DNA from: Octopus vulgaris
Taxonomy: Eukaryota
DNA: 64,000 nt
Assembly: GCA_951406725.2 (NCBI GenBank)
Contig: OX597824.1
Coordinates: forward strand, 87,916,001 to 87,980,000
Reading direction: 5' to 3'
The notes under the pieces were generated by a model, which was not told where the DNA came from, ran no database searches, and saw only the letters and a program-made list of their open reading frames with translations. Positions 38,231 to 51,204 of the stretch are shown in pieces (positions within the stretch are counted from its first letter, which is position 1; each line of letters opens with the position of its first letter). The position numbers were made by a program, and so were the translations under genes.

Positions 38231-38650
38231 TTAACCAGTTGGGACTTTGGTGAACAGACTTATCACATCTAGACTCACCATCTGGTTGGATTCAATGGGG
38301 GCATCCTTGATCAATTCTGTGAAGTGGATGGAATTCTTCACGTACGATGCTGGCTTTCCTGCTAATGGACTGATTATATCCACAAGGAAGCAGCTCAGTG
38401 GATGACATGCTGAACCTCTACAGCTTACTATAGGTCTTAATGGAATACCATCCTTGTGAATCTTAGGGAGACCGTACATGTGTGGTAGTTTACTGTAGTG
38501 TTGAGTCAGTTGTCTGTAATTCATTGGTGTAAAGTGATCCTTGTTCTTGATCAAGATCTGTGACAACTTCCTCTCTGTTTTCAAAGTAGGGTCTTTCTTT
38601 ACTTTGCTGTAGCTACCATCACTCATAAGACTTGCCAGTTTTTCCGAAAA
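38231..38650 (-). mobile_element. Penelope-like reverse transcriptase fragment
   Basis: ORF with DPT, YGLPKIHK...PLRPIVS and MVSLDVISLFTKVP, typical PLE RT motifs. Confidence 0.9.
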
Positions 38651-40937
38651 GTAAAGAAGAGTACATAGTATGCGGTCAGAGATAGTCGTGTCTTTACTGG
38701 TTTTACTAAGTATTTACTACTCCAGGTGTAGGAGTGGCTGTGTGGTAAGTAGCTTGCTTACGAACCACATGGTTCCAGGTTCTGTCCCACTGTGTGGCAC
38801 CTTGGGCAAGTGTCTTTTACTATAGTCTCGGGCCGACCAAAGCCTTGTGAGTGAATTTGGTAGACCAAAGCCTTGTGAGTGAATTTGGTAGACAGAAACT
38901 GAAAGAAGCTCGTCGTATATATGTATATGTATATATATATATGTATGTGTGTGTGTGTGCTTCACATTAGGGACAAAACAGTGAAGGGTGAAATCCTAAG
39001 CTCACCGTGAAGAGAGAAAAAGAGTGAATGAGGATTCATTAAAGAAGACGACATTGTTCTACTGAGCCATTGTCTATTTCTGAGAGTCTAGACACCCTTT
39101 TTTTCTGTGTATCAATGTTGATGGGAAACAAGAAAGGTTCAGCAGTTGCAGTCCCCTAGTCCCTGCCTCCCATCTTTCCCATGGTTTCCAGTTTTATGGA
39201 GCTTGCATTGAATGGTTTTGGTCAGTAAAGTAATTGTTTAGCCCTGCTATCTCTTTTGCTGTTGTAGTTTGATGGGTTTTTTGACACAATACATTTCACT
39301 ATTCAATGGTCCCTCTGTAAGCTTTAATTTCCGTCAAGAATTATGCTTGCCCCACCTTGGTTCCCAGGGCCTCAATTTGATGTACTGGTTGAATACCACT
39401 CCTCTCATAGGTCTTATTGGAGAGGTATGACCACTTCAAATGCTCTGATTATTCTGTATTTCTTCTGTGCAATATCAGACCAAGTGTTTGCTGCTATGTT
39501 CTGAGTTCAAATTCCGCCGAAGTTGACTTTGCCTTTCATCCTTTCGGGGTCGATAAATTAAGTACCAGTTACGCACTGGGGTCGATGTAATCGGCTTAAT
39601 CCGTTTGTCTGTCCTTGTTTGTCCCCTCTGTGTTTAGCCCCTTGTAGGTAGTTAAGAAATATATATTTCTTCTGTGCAATATCAGACCAAGTGTTTGCTG
39701 ATTTAATAAAATAGTATACCATATCCTTGCTAACTGTCAAGAGTAATTAAAAGAATTAGAAACAGGAAGGGCCATCACTGCCCCCAAAAAGTAACCATGA
39801 TAACCGCAATTCAAAACTGTTGTGGGAGCTGTATGACTATTCCCCACTATTTTAAAGCTTTAAAAAAAAAAATGGCCTTAAAACATTTTTTTTTTTTCAA
39901 AGCAATATTAGGCAGTTGTTATAAAGATGGAACAACAATTTTATTGTATGAAGCACATAGAGGTATTAATACATAAGATTTCATTCTCAATTTACTTTCA
40001 TTTAGTTCCAGCTATACGACTACAATACACTTCCAACCAACCATGTTTATTCACCATTTCTCTCGTGTTACCAGAGACACACGATAGCACATAATACTAT
40101 TTCACCTTCATATAGCATTACACTTCTCCTGGCTGAACCTGATATTTTACTCTACACTCAGAAATATAATCCCTGTGTCTCGAACAAATTCACTAAAATG
40201 CTGATTCTATTTCCTGATTTAACAATGTCTTTTAGTTAAAATATAGAAGATCTACCCTCAAACTGATACAGTTAATTTGAGAAGATATATATATATATAT
40301 ATATATATAGTGTTCACATTAATAGACAGACAAGTATTTGTTACTTCATTGTTAGTGTACTTGAGGTTTCTCACACTCACTATTTAAATGATTAAATGAC
40401 AAAGAGCACTGTGACACAATTTCACACTGAAGATAAGAGATAAGAGGTAAGCAGAAAATAGAAATAAAATTATTGGGTTTGTGCATAATTACAATGAAAT
40501 GAAAATAAATAAATAAATAAATGACATTATATAACAGCAAAATATTAGAAAAAATTATTCAAGTAAAGGAAACTTGTAAGGGAATTAAAATGAAATCAGA
40601 AATGTAATGTTATGATTGAAAGGAGTTTTAAAAAGTGGGGTGTAACCGACTCACTTATGAGTACTCCTCATTTATTGGACAATGAACTTTGCTTGCGAAG
40701 ATCTATTGAGGCAAGTGATAACAAATCTAAATCGCTGAAGTAGCCAATGACAGTACCGCCTCATTGGCACTCGTGCCAGTGGAATGTTAAAAGCACTTCC
40801 GAGCGTGATCGTTGCCAGGACCATGGATTGGCTCCCATATCAGTGGCACATGAAAAGCACCTTTCGAGTGTGATCGTGGCCAGTATTGCCTTACCAGCAC
40901 ATGTTTTTTTTCACGAGATTTGTGTCTCCACCACTTG

Positions 40938-41340
40938 TTAGAATGACTTCCCAAACAGATCTTCTACTCCCAACTCAAAGACGGCAAGTGTACAAAAGGA
41001 GGCCAGAAGAAACGCTACAAGGACTCCCTGAAAACGAACCTCAAAAAGTGTGACATCGACTTCACTAACTGGGAGAAAATGGCAAAAAGCAGACCACTCT
41101 GGAAAACCACCATCCATGAGGGAACAGTGACTTTCGAGTTGAAAAGGTCTGCAGAGCTGGAGGAGAAAAGACAACGACAGAAGGAGCGCCAACAACAACC
41201 ACGCGCGACTCTCCCTTCTGGCACTAGATGTCCGCACTGCGACCGATCTTTTCAAGCAAGAATTGGTCTTATCGGTCACCTACGGACTCACCAGTAAATT
41301 TGCGCGAAGACCATCATCCTCGACCTTGAGGGATTGCCAT
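40938..41340 (+). mobile_element. RTE/BovB-like LINE 3' end
   Basis: RLPKQIFYSQL...RYKDSLK...WEKMAKSRPLW...CPHCDRSFQARIGLIGHLRTH C2H2 tail. Confidence 0.85.
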
Positions 41341-44300
41341 CACCAGCACATGTGTGGCACGTGAATAACAACATTCAAGCGTGGTTGCTGCCAGTGTCAT
41401 CGGACTGGCTCCCATACAGGTAGCATGAAAAAAGCACCCACTACACTCTCAGAGTGGTTGGTGTTAGGAAGGGTATCCAGCTGTAGAAACTCTGCCAGAT
41501 CAGATTGAGCCTGGTGCAACCTATGGCTCACCAGTCCTCAGTCAAACTGTCCAACCCATGCCAATAAAAATCATGCTTGTTTGTTGTTAACACAATGTTT
41601 CGGCTGATATACCCTCTAGCTTTCATCAAGTATCTTGGGGAAATTTCAAACCTAGGTTCTCATTCCTAAGGTATTTTTCGATGTTATTATTATTATTATT
41701 ATTATTAGTGTTCAGGGCATTACTTGGAATCAAACTCAGAATCTTGGGGTTAGTAGCCCATGCTCTTAACCACTGGGCATATGGCGTAGTGGTCAAGAGC
41801 ACAGACTACTACTACTACTACTACTGATAATAATAATAATATTAGTAGTAATATTTCCCTAAGAGACCAGAAGAAGGCTGGAGGGTAAATCAGCCAAAAC
41901 GTTGTGTTAACAGCAAACAAGATGAGGACAAATATCCGTCAAATGTAAATAATGTCAATTGTCCATAAATTTTTTTTCATAAAATTTGCACAACAAAAAC
42001 TTTTGTGAGTTTGTTAACTCTTCTTCAGGTTTCTATTAACTCCATGTGAATTGGTTTATCCTCGTTGAGTTTATTAATTCCTCGGAAGTTGTTTAAATCC
42101 TCGTTATTAATTCCTTATGAATTGTCTAAATCCTCGTCACCGCTGTTATAACCCTTATTATGTTCAGATATTTATAACACCCACCTCGGTATATAGTATA
42201 CTCTTTTACTTGTTTCAGTCATTTGACTGCGGCCAAGCTGGAGCACCACCTTTAGTCGAGCAAATTGACCTCAGGACTTATTCTTTGTAAGCCTAGTACT
42301 TATTCTATCGGTCTCTCTTGCCGAACTGCTAAGTTATGGGGATGTAAACACACCAGCATTGGTTGTAAAGCGATGTTGGGGGGACAAACACAGACACACA
42401 AACATCAACCGATCGTGGCCGTTGCCAGCCTCCCCTGGCACCTGTGCCAGTGGCACGTAAAAGGCATGAATGTGGCCGTTGCCAGCTTCCGGTGGCACGT
42501 AAAGAACACCCACTACACTCATGGAGTGGTTGGCGTTAGGAAAGGCATCCAGCCGTAGAAACACTGCCAGATCAGACTGGAGCCTGGTGCAGCCTCCTAG
42601 CTTCCCAGACCCCAGTCGAACCGTCCAACCCATGCTAGCATGGAAAACGGACGTTAAACGATGATGATGATGATATATATACATATATACGACGGGCTTC
42701 TTTCAGTTTCCGTCTACCAAATCCACTCACAAGGCTTTAGTCGGCCCAAGGCTATAGTAGAAGACATTTGCCCAAGGTGCTATGCAGTGGGACTGAACCC
42801 AGAACCATGTCGTTTGTAAGCAAGCTACTTACCACACAGCTACTCCCACGCCAATTCAGAAATATCTGTAATGTTTTCACATTAATTGCAAACATCCTGT
42901 ACTGTGTCAATGCTGTAAAAGTAAATTTTGTACCCGTTATTTCTGAACCTGTCCCAGCACCTCTAAACATTATCCCTGCTGTAGGGAAAATCAAGATATT
43001 CTGAATTGTAAAAATAGTGGTGAATATGTGTGTATAACCAGAAGATCAGTTTAGAAAGCCTGTGAAAATATTTTAAACAATTAAAGAAACCAGTCTTGAT
43101 ATAGTCTTACAAAAGAATTCTATTTTTATCATCTTTGTTATTAAAGTATTGTTACACTATTTTAAAAGAAGGACTACATTGATATGTATACTTGTGATTT
43201 TAAAAAATAAAACATTTAAAACATCAGTGGAATTCCATAGCTATAAGATATTGCATGATTAATTCAAAACAATATGAACAAGAGCACTCAGAGAGTGCAA
43301 ACCTCTGCCAAGGCAACACCAAAGTCCTCTCAACAATTAGCCGGAGATGATTGTTAAAATGAGTACATCTGAAATAAACTTGACTGCTCTCACAAACGAG
43401 AATACTAAAAATGAACTTGACTGCTCTCAAAAATCAAGTAAAAAAAGCAGGAAAAATAATCCAGAATCGTTGTCTGGTACCCAATTGATCTCAAAATCTA
43501 ATATAATACTGTGCTCTAAATGGAGGTGTAGTCAAATCCTATTTTATGGACTCAACCATGTTCTAAAATAAGTCGAACAGTAAGCTACTATAAATCGGCA
43601 CAAACTTTCTGGACAACCCAATAACTTTGAATGCCCTTAAAAAGATGAGATTGTTATGGTTGGAATGTTTCAGTCACACTTGACTTGATGTCAAACAATA
43701 GAAACAAGAACCAAAGCAGTATCGCTCATCATTTATCAAAAGTGCAAGCTCAAATGGTATCTTTAATAACATTTACTTTCAGCTATATAATTTGGTTCGG
43801 TCCTTGTTTTTTCACCATCTGTGTTGTAGGAAATCAGAAGAAGAACATGTTTAGTCTTGAAGCAGAACACAATAACAATGTTTGTTCATGCAGAAAGTTA
43901 AGGAGTATGAAGAGATATAGCAATAATGAATTATTTATACCTCTATTTTCTACTTGCCACCTCCAGAAGAAGCGTTGAACATTAAAAGTAGTTCAGTAGC
44001 ACATTGTTACTAGAGTTGGGAAAGCATTTGCAAATGGGCAAACAATTCATATGTAATGAAGATGGAGTAACGATGAAGACAGAAACCTGGTCGAGAGATT
44101 TTCAATTAAGGAGGTATTTATTTTCTTTGTTTACAAGGAAAAATATTGTTATGGTGAACAACCAAATTGTGGAGAGTTGAGATGTTGCTTTGTTTGTGTG
44201 ACTGTGGTGAGCTGTCCAGACTTCAATTGTCTGTTGTGGCATGGTTTCTATGGCTGGATGCCCTTCCTAATGTCAACCATTTAACAGAGTGTGCTTGGTG

Positions 44301-45382
44301 CATTTACACAGCACTGGCACAGGTAATTTTTAATGTGGCACTGGCATCTGAAAGGACAAGCCTGTATGTATGGAAAACAGTGATTTTATTTAGCTTGATT
44401 CATCTGTTCCAGGACAGCAAATCACCATAACTTCTTAAGAGTGTATCATAAAGAAAGCATTATTAACATTGCTTAAGCATCATTAAAGGTGTTGCCTGGT
44501 GTTCATAACATTCATAACAACAAAACTGCATTTTTAAAATCTTAGGTTTCTCTTCTTATTCAGACTTAGGTCTGTCATGAGCCCTAAAACTCATTAGAGT
44601 TTTTTGTTTGCTTGTTCCTTCTCGAGCTATGCCTAGCTCATAAGGGCCGGTTTCCCGGTTTCCTTGGCGTATAGGTTCCCCACCTGGACAGGACACCGGT
44701 CCGTCGCAGGTGAGCTACAAGATGCAGGAGGAAAGAGTGAGAGAAAGTTGGGGCGAAAGAGTCACCAGAAGTTCACCATTACCTTCTGCCAGAGTCACGT
44801 GGAGCTTAGGTGTTTTGCTCATAAACACACACATCATCCAGTCTGAGACTCGAACCCACGATCTCTCGACTACGAGACCGCTGATCTAACCACCAGGCCA
44901 TGTGCCTCAATATGGCCTAGTGGTTTCTACATAGAAACCTCCTGGTTTCTATGGTATATAAGTGCCTGAGACCACACTGCTCTTCCCTGAATGGGACATT
45001 GGACCGTTGAAGGGGTTAACTTCCCAGTTATTGGTGGAGCTCATTTACAGCTAAGTGAACTGGGACAACAAGAAACAAAGTATTTTTCTCAAGGACACTG
45101 ATACTGGATCAGCCAGCTGTTGAAGGATACATTCAAGGAAGGCCAGCTGCTATAAACTCAGTCAGCCATAAAGCAATACAAGCACTGGAAGAAAATAAAT
45201 TAAGGCAGTGCTCCAGCATGGCTGCAGTCATATGACTGAAACCATTAAAAGAATAAATAAATTATGATCAAGGTGCAGGCATGGCTGTGTGGTCAGAAGC
45301 TTGCTTCCCAACCACAAGTGTCTTCTACTTATAGCCTCAGGCCAACCAAAGCCTTGTGAGTTGGAAACTGAAAGAAGCCTGT

Positions 45383-45578
<196 letters not shown>

Positions 45579-45580
<2 letters not shown>

Positions 45581-46676
45581 CGAGGGGCGTTCAATAAGTA
45601 ATGCCCCTGACCCACTTCCCATAGCAGTAGAGCAACGAAACTTGGCACAGTTATTAGTCTTTTTCTACATAGGAACAATCCAGAGTTATGCATTTCTCCC
45701 ATCGTTTGATGCAGCTCTGGAGACCGTTTTCGTAGAAGAACCCAGCTTGGTCCTCCAACCTCAACGTGACTTCAGAAATCAAGGCTGCATCATCTGGGAA
45801 ACGCTTTCCTTTCAAAAACAACTTCATGATTGGGAAGAGGTGAAAATCAGAGGGTGCAAGGTCAGGAGAGTAGGGGGGATGGGGGAAGAGTTCATAGCCG
45901 CACGCCTGTGCTTCTGATCTGGTGACACACGAGTTGTGGACCGGAGCGTTGTCCTGCAGGAGGAGGATGCCTTTGCTGATCTTGCCCCGCCTCTTGGTTT
46001 TGATAGCTTCTCTTAATTTCCTCAAAAGTGAAGCATGATAGGCTCCTGTAATTGTGGTACCCTTTGCCAGGAAATCTGTCATCACTACTCCGTCCTGGTC
46101 CCAGAAGACTGTGAGCATGACCTTGCCAGCAGAGGGCTGCACCCTTGCCTTCTTTGGAGGAGGTGAGTCATGGTGCTTCCACTGCATTGACTGGGCTTTG
46201 GTCTCTGGATCATAGTGATGGACCCAGGTCTCATCCTGTGTAATCAGTCTTTTGAAAAATTTTGACTCATCTTCATGGCACATCCCTAAATTCATCCTCG
46301 AGCACTCGACGCGTTCTTGCTTCTGGAAAAGTGTGAGCAACCTGGGAATCCATCTGGCAGACACCTTTTGCATATGCAAATGGTCATGAATGATAGTTTC
46401 CACAGACCCGGTACTAATCTTGACCTCATGGGCTATTTGACAAATAGTTATGCGTTGATCTTCCAAAATGGCAGCCTCAACTTGACGGACAGATGCCTCA
46501 TCAATGGCAGAAGGGGTGCGACCAGATCTGGGAGCTTTTTCCACAGAGTTCCGACCATGTTTGAATTCACGATGCCAGCGTTTTACAAGGTCATATGATG
46601 AGGCATCATCACCATAAGTTACTTTCATTTCATCAAAAGTCTCCAGTGGTGTGCGTCATTTCAAATACAAAAAAAT
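45579..46676 (-). mobile_element. Mariner DNA transposon, truncated (one TIR only)
   Basis: TA + CGAGGGGCGTTCAATAAGTAATGC terminus beside a (TA)n tract; no matching second TIR seen. Confidence 0.85.
45654..46628 (-). pseudogene. Mariner D,D34D transposase, N-terminally disrupted
   Basis: Motifs [29 protein letters not shown] with 34 residues between the 2nd and 3rd D. Upstream in-frame FLYLK*RTPLETFDE has a stop, and the start is replaced by a Penelope-like insertion. Confidence 0.9.
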
Positions 46677-47052
46677 GTAGTCTATAGTATAAGACGTATA
46701 GAGGGACGATGCAGTAACAAGACAACGACATACGTAGGGGAAACGCAAGAAGCATAGGAGAGCGGGTAAATGAACATTGGAGACAACTCAAGGAAGGTAA
46801 AAGCTCATCGATTCTGTACCAACACGCCGAACAGGAACACGGGGGATCAATCAATAACATAGAAATTAAAATATTGTCCACACATAGAACAGATGCAACA
46901 ATTAGACTAATTACAGAAGCTACACACATAATAGAAAATAAACCTAGCCTGAATAGAAAACTAGAATGGAGCACTAACACACACCACAACATATGGCGAT
47001 AGAGGATCCCGAAAACAATAAATACACAGATAAATAAACTAATAGAAATAAA

Positions 47053-47095
<43 letters not shown>

Positions 47096-47500
47096 TTCAA
47101 TTCGATTTATTATTATTATTACTAGTATTGTTGTTATACATACATACATACTAGCATATGTAATGATAATAATAAGTGGATATAAACACATGAACAAAAT
47201 AAAAATAAACAAAAACAACAAAAACAAAATACAAATTACATGAACATATATAAACAGAAGATACAAATATTACAGGCATCCCCCCACATACACACACTAA
47301 ATAAACATAGACGCACATAGAGATATAAGCATAAAATGGCTGACGGTTAGTAAGGAGAGACACAAATAAGAAAGAAGAAAACAAAGGACCACTGATGCGG
47401 TCACAGGATTGTGACGAAAGAACTCTGGCCGAAATAAGATTAAGATTAATGTAAAAAATAAATAACACTGAAGCAAAATAATGTCAAATATATAGTGCGT
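46671..47500 (+). mobile_element. Penelope-like retroelement 3' end (GIY-YIG endonuclease plus hammerhead-bearing 3' region)
   Basis: Manual translation KNVVYSIRRIEGRCSNKTTTYVGET/(frameshift)ARSIGERVNEH...LYQHAEQEH...RLITEATHI...PSLNRKLEW; hammerhead-like motif at 47387-47430. Confidence 0.8.
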
Positions 47501-48291
47501 GTGTTTTTATATATGTATGTATTTGTAATCGAAATCGATCAATGAAAATCGATCAATGGAAATTGCAGATGTGTTACCAGTGCCGGTGGCATGTAAGAGA
47601 ACCTTCCGTTTCGCGACCATTGCCAGCACCGCCCCGTTTCGTGTCCATTGCCAGCCTCGCCTGGCCCTTGTGCCGGTGGCACATAAAAAGCACCATCCGT
47701 TCATGGCCGTTTGCCAGCTCTGTCTGGCACCTGTGCGGGTGGCACGTAAAAAGCACCCACTACACTCTCGGAGTGGTTGGCATTAGGAAGGGCATCCAGC
47801 CGTAGAAACACTGCCAGATTTGACTGGGCCTGATGAAGCCTTCTGGCTTCACAGACCCCAGTAGAACCGTCCAACCCATGCTAGCATGGAAAACGGACGC
47901 TAAACGATGATGATGATGATGATGATGATATATGTGTACATATATATATATACACATACACACAGTTATCAAGCGATGGTGGGGGGACAAACACAGACAC
48001 ACAAACATACACACATATATATACATGTGCGTATGTTTGCGTGTCTGTTTGTCCCCACCTCCATCGCTTGACAACCGATGTTGGTATATTTACTTCCCTG
48101 TAACTTAGCGGCTCGGCGAAAAAGATCAATAGAATAAGTACCAGGCTTACAAAGAATAAGTCCTGGGGTCGATTAGTTTGACTAAAGGTGGTGCTCCAGC
48201 ATGGCCACAGTGAAAATAACTGAAAAAAGAGAAAGAGTGCAACAGCCTAACCAATAGGTTACATGGCTTCAGGTCTTTGTCTTTGAAATGC

Positions 48292-48313
48292 AAAGAAAGA
48301 AAGAAAGAAAACA

Positions 48314-48344
<31 letters not shown>

Positions 48345-49343
48345 GAAGGAAGGAAGAAAGAAAGAAAGAAGGAAGGAAGGAAGGAAGGAAGAAGGGAAGA
48401 AGAAAGGGAGGAAGGAAGGAAGGAAGAAAGAAAGAAAGAAAGGAAGGAAGGAAGAAAGGAAGGAAGGAAGGAAGAAAGGAAGAAAGAAAGAAAGAAGGAA
48501 GAAAGAAAGAAAGGAAGGAAGAAAGAAAGAAAGAATGGAAGAAAGAAAGAAAGAAAGGAAGGAAGAAAGAAAGGAAGGAAGGAAGAAAGAAAGGAAGGAA
48601 GGAAGAAAGGAAAGAAGAAAGAAAAGAAAGGAAGGAAGAAAGAAAGGAAGGAAGGAAGGAAGGAAGAAAGAAAGGAAGGAAGAATGAAAGAAAGGAAGGA
48701 AGGAAGAAAGGAAGGGAGGAAGAAAGGAAGAAAGAAAGAAAGAAGGAAGAAAGAAAGGAAGGAAGGAAGAAAGAAAGGAAAGAAAGGAAGGAAGAAAGAA
48801 AAGAAAGGAAGGAAGAAAGAAAGGAAGGAAGGAAGAAAAAAAGGAAAGAAAAGAAGGAAGAAAGAAATGAAGGAAGGAAGAAAGAAAGAAGGAAGAAAGA
48901 AAGGAAGGAAGAAAGAAAGAAAGAAAGAAAAGAAAGGAAGGAAGAAAGGAAGGAAGAAAGAAAAGAAAGGAAGGAAGAAAGAAAGAAAGAAAGAAAGGAA
49001 GGAAGAAAGAAAGAAAAGAAAGGAAGGAAGGAAGAAAGAAAGGAAAGGAAGGAAGAAAGAAAGGAAGGAAGAAAAAAAGGAAAGAAAAGAAGGAAGAAAG
49101 AAATGAAGGAAGGAAGAAAGAAAGAAAGAAGGAAGAAAGAAAGGAAAGAAGGAAGAAAGAAAGGAAGGAAGGAAGAAAGAAAGAAAAGAAGGAAGAAAGA
49201 AAGGAAGGAAGGAAGAAAGAAAGAAGGGCGGAAGAAAGGGAGGAAGGAAGGAAGGAAGGAAGGAAGAAAGAAGGAAAGAAGGAAAGAAAGGAAGGGGAAA
49301 GAAAGAAAGAAAGAAAGAGAGGAAGAAAGAAAGAAAGAAAGAA
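48292..49343. repeat. ~1.05-kb (GAAA/GGAA)n polypurine tract
   Basis: Seen directly; only a handful of pyrimidines. Confidence 0.95.
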
Positions 49344-49344
49344 T

Positions 49345-49877
49345 TACCACAAATATGTGTTGTGTCTGAAATTCAAGTGGGACCCACAAGAGAACACTGC
49401 AAGCATTTCTGGGGACAGCACTACTGCTACACACTGAAATACCTTAAACCACATTCCCAAAAAGGTCCACCTGACCCCATGGAAAATCCCATTTACCAAA
49501 CACACTTCAGCTGCTAATCTAAAGTTGTACTCTTCTTCCCCATTTTGTCCATACTCCCTCAACTGCAACAGCTTTTACTCCTCTGAGTTACCTGGTTACA
49601 TGCCACATGTCATCTTCACCACCTTTCCTTCTCTCATCCCTGCATTCTGTGTCACCTCTTTACTCTCTCTCTTTTACTTGTTTCAGTCATTTGATTGCGG
49701 CCATGCTGGAGCACTGCCTTTAGTCGAGCAAATCGACACCGGGACTTATTCTTTGTAAGCCCAGTACTTATCCTATCGGTCTCTTTTGCCGAACCGCTAA
49801 GTAACGGGAACGTAAACACACCAGCATCGGTTGTCAAGCAATGCTAGGGGAACAAACACAGATACACAAACACACAC

Positions 49878-49908
<31 letters not shown>

Positions 49909-50315
49909 TACATATACATATATATATATACATATATACGACGGGTTTCTTTCAGTTTTCGGCTACCAAATCTACTCACAAGGCATTGGTCAGCCCAGGG
50001 CTATAGCAGAAGACACTTGCCCAAGATGCCATGCAGTGGGACTGAACCCGGAACCATGTGGCTCATAAGCAAGCTACTTACCACACAGCCACTCCTCCTC
50101 CTGTAGGAGGCTTATACTAATTATTAAGTCCTTTCTCATCAAGGTCAAAACCCTTTGGAATTCATTTCCTGCCCCCCTTCCCCCTGGGTCAGTTTAGCTA
50201 TAACTGTTCAACCTTAACATCAGCCACATAAAACTAGCCAGTTTTAAAGGGGGGGTCACACAGAGGTCAGGAGCATAGACTTTTCTTCTTAACACCATAT
50301 ATAAATGAATAAATG
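49345..50315 (+). mobile_element. Degenerate CR1/L2-like LINE 3' end interrupted by a SINE (about 49668-50097, - strand)
   Basis: Residual SFLIKVKTLWNSFP (SFF..T..LWNSLP-like) and terminal AATAAA. Confidence 0.45.
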
Positions 50316-50779
50316 GACAGATAAATAATTAAACCTCATTTTTGCTTTATAATCATTGGAGATAAAACAAATATGCAAAATAAACAGAAGGATAGTTTCT
50401 ATGGAATTATTAAGAAATAGCATATGATACTTTATAAAAAAATAAATCTTACCCCAGAGGAGTCAAGAAGCCTGTTTTACTAAAAATTGCTAAACAACAA
50501 AATAAAATTAAGCTCAGGTGTGATAAACACCTATCAACTTAGATCTTTAATTCAGGTACAGATTGTGTTTGCATTATAAACATGTATACAGTATGTAGTA
50601 TTTTTATGATCTTCCTACTCCATGTATCAAATTAAAATAAACTAGCAAAAAATATATACACACATATACTTATGATATATATATATGTATATGTATGTAT
50701 ATATTGTCAATAGTTTATATATCCCCGCCAAAAATGACACTCACTCTAAAGCATTAGACAGGCCCTAAGTTTTAATTTC

Positions 50780-50781
<2 letters not shown>

Positions 50782-50862
<81 letters not shown>
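50782..50862. repeat. (TA)n microsatellite
   Basis: Seen directly. Confidence 0.95.
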
Positions 50863-50864
<2 letters not shown>

Positions 50865-50932
50865 TTTACAAGCACTTTTGACAAGTTGTGGTGCACCTGA
50901 GCACTGTATACAATAATTTCATAATTATAATT

Positions 50933-50978
<46 letters not shown>

Positions 50979-51204
50979 TATATATGTGTGTGTGTATATA
51001 TATATTTAACCTTGTGCTGGACCAGTTAAACTACTTTTATAAATGTCATACCCACAGTGAAGTTATTTCCCTGTATAGGAGAACCTTTCTGTTGATGAAA
51101 TTGTAATCATTCATGCATAAATCACAAGTGAGTTAGGTCAGGTTAGATGTATCTGAACTGTTTAGTTTTGTATCATATTCACTCAACAGCAGCTGTGTGG
51201 TAGT

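Noticed and set aside
45654-46628. Domesticated or active transposase gene (SETMAR-like)
   Set aside because: It has an upstream in-frame stop, lacks the N-terminus and second TIR, and has no fused domain.
48259-49434. Long K/E/R-rich and F/L/S-rich ORFs
   Set aside because: They are translations of the (GAAA/GGAA)n microsatellite.
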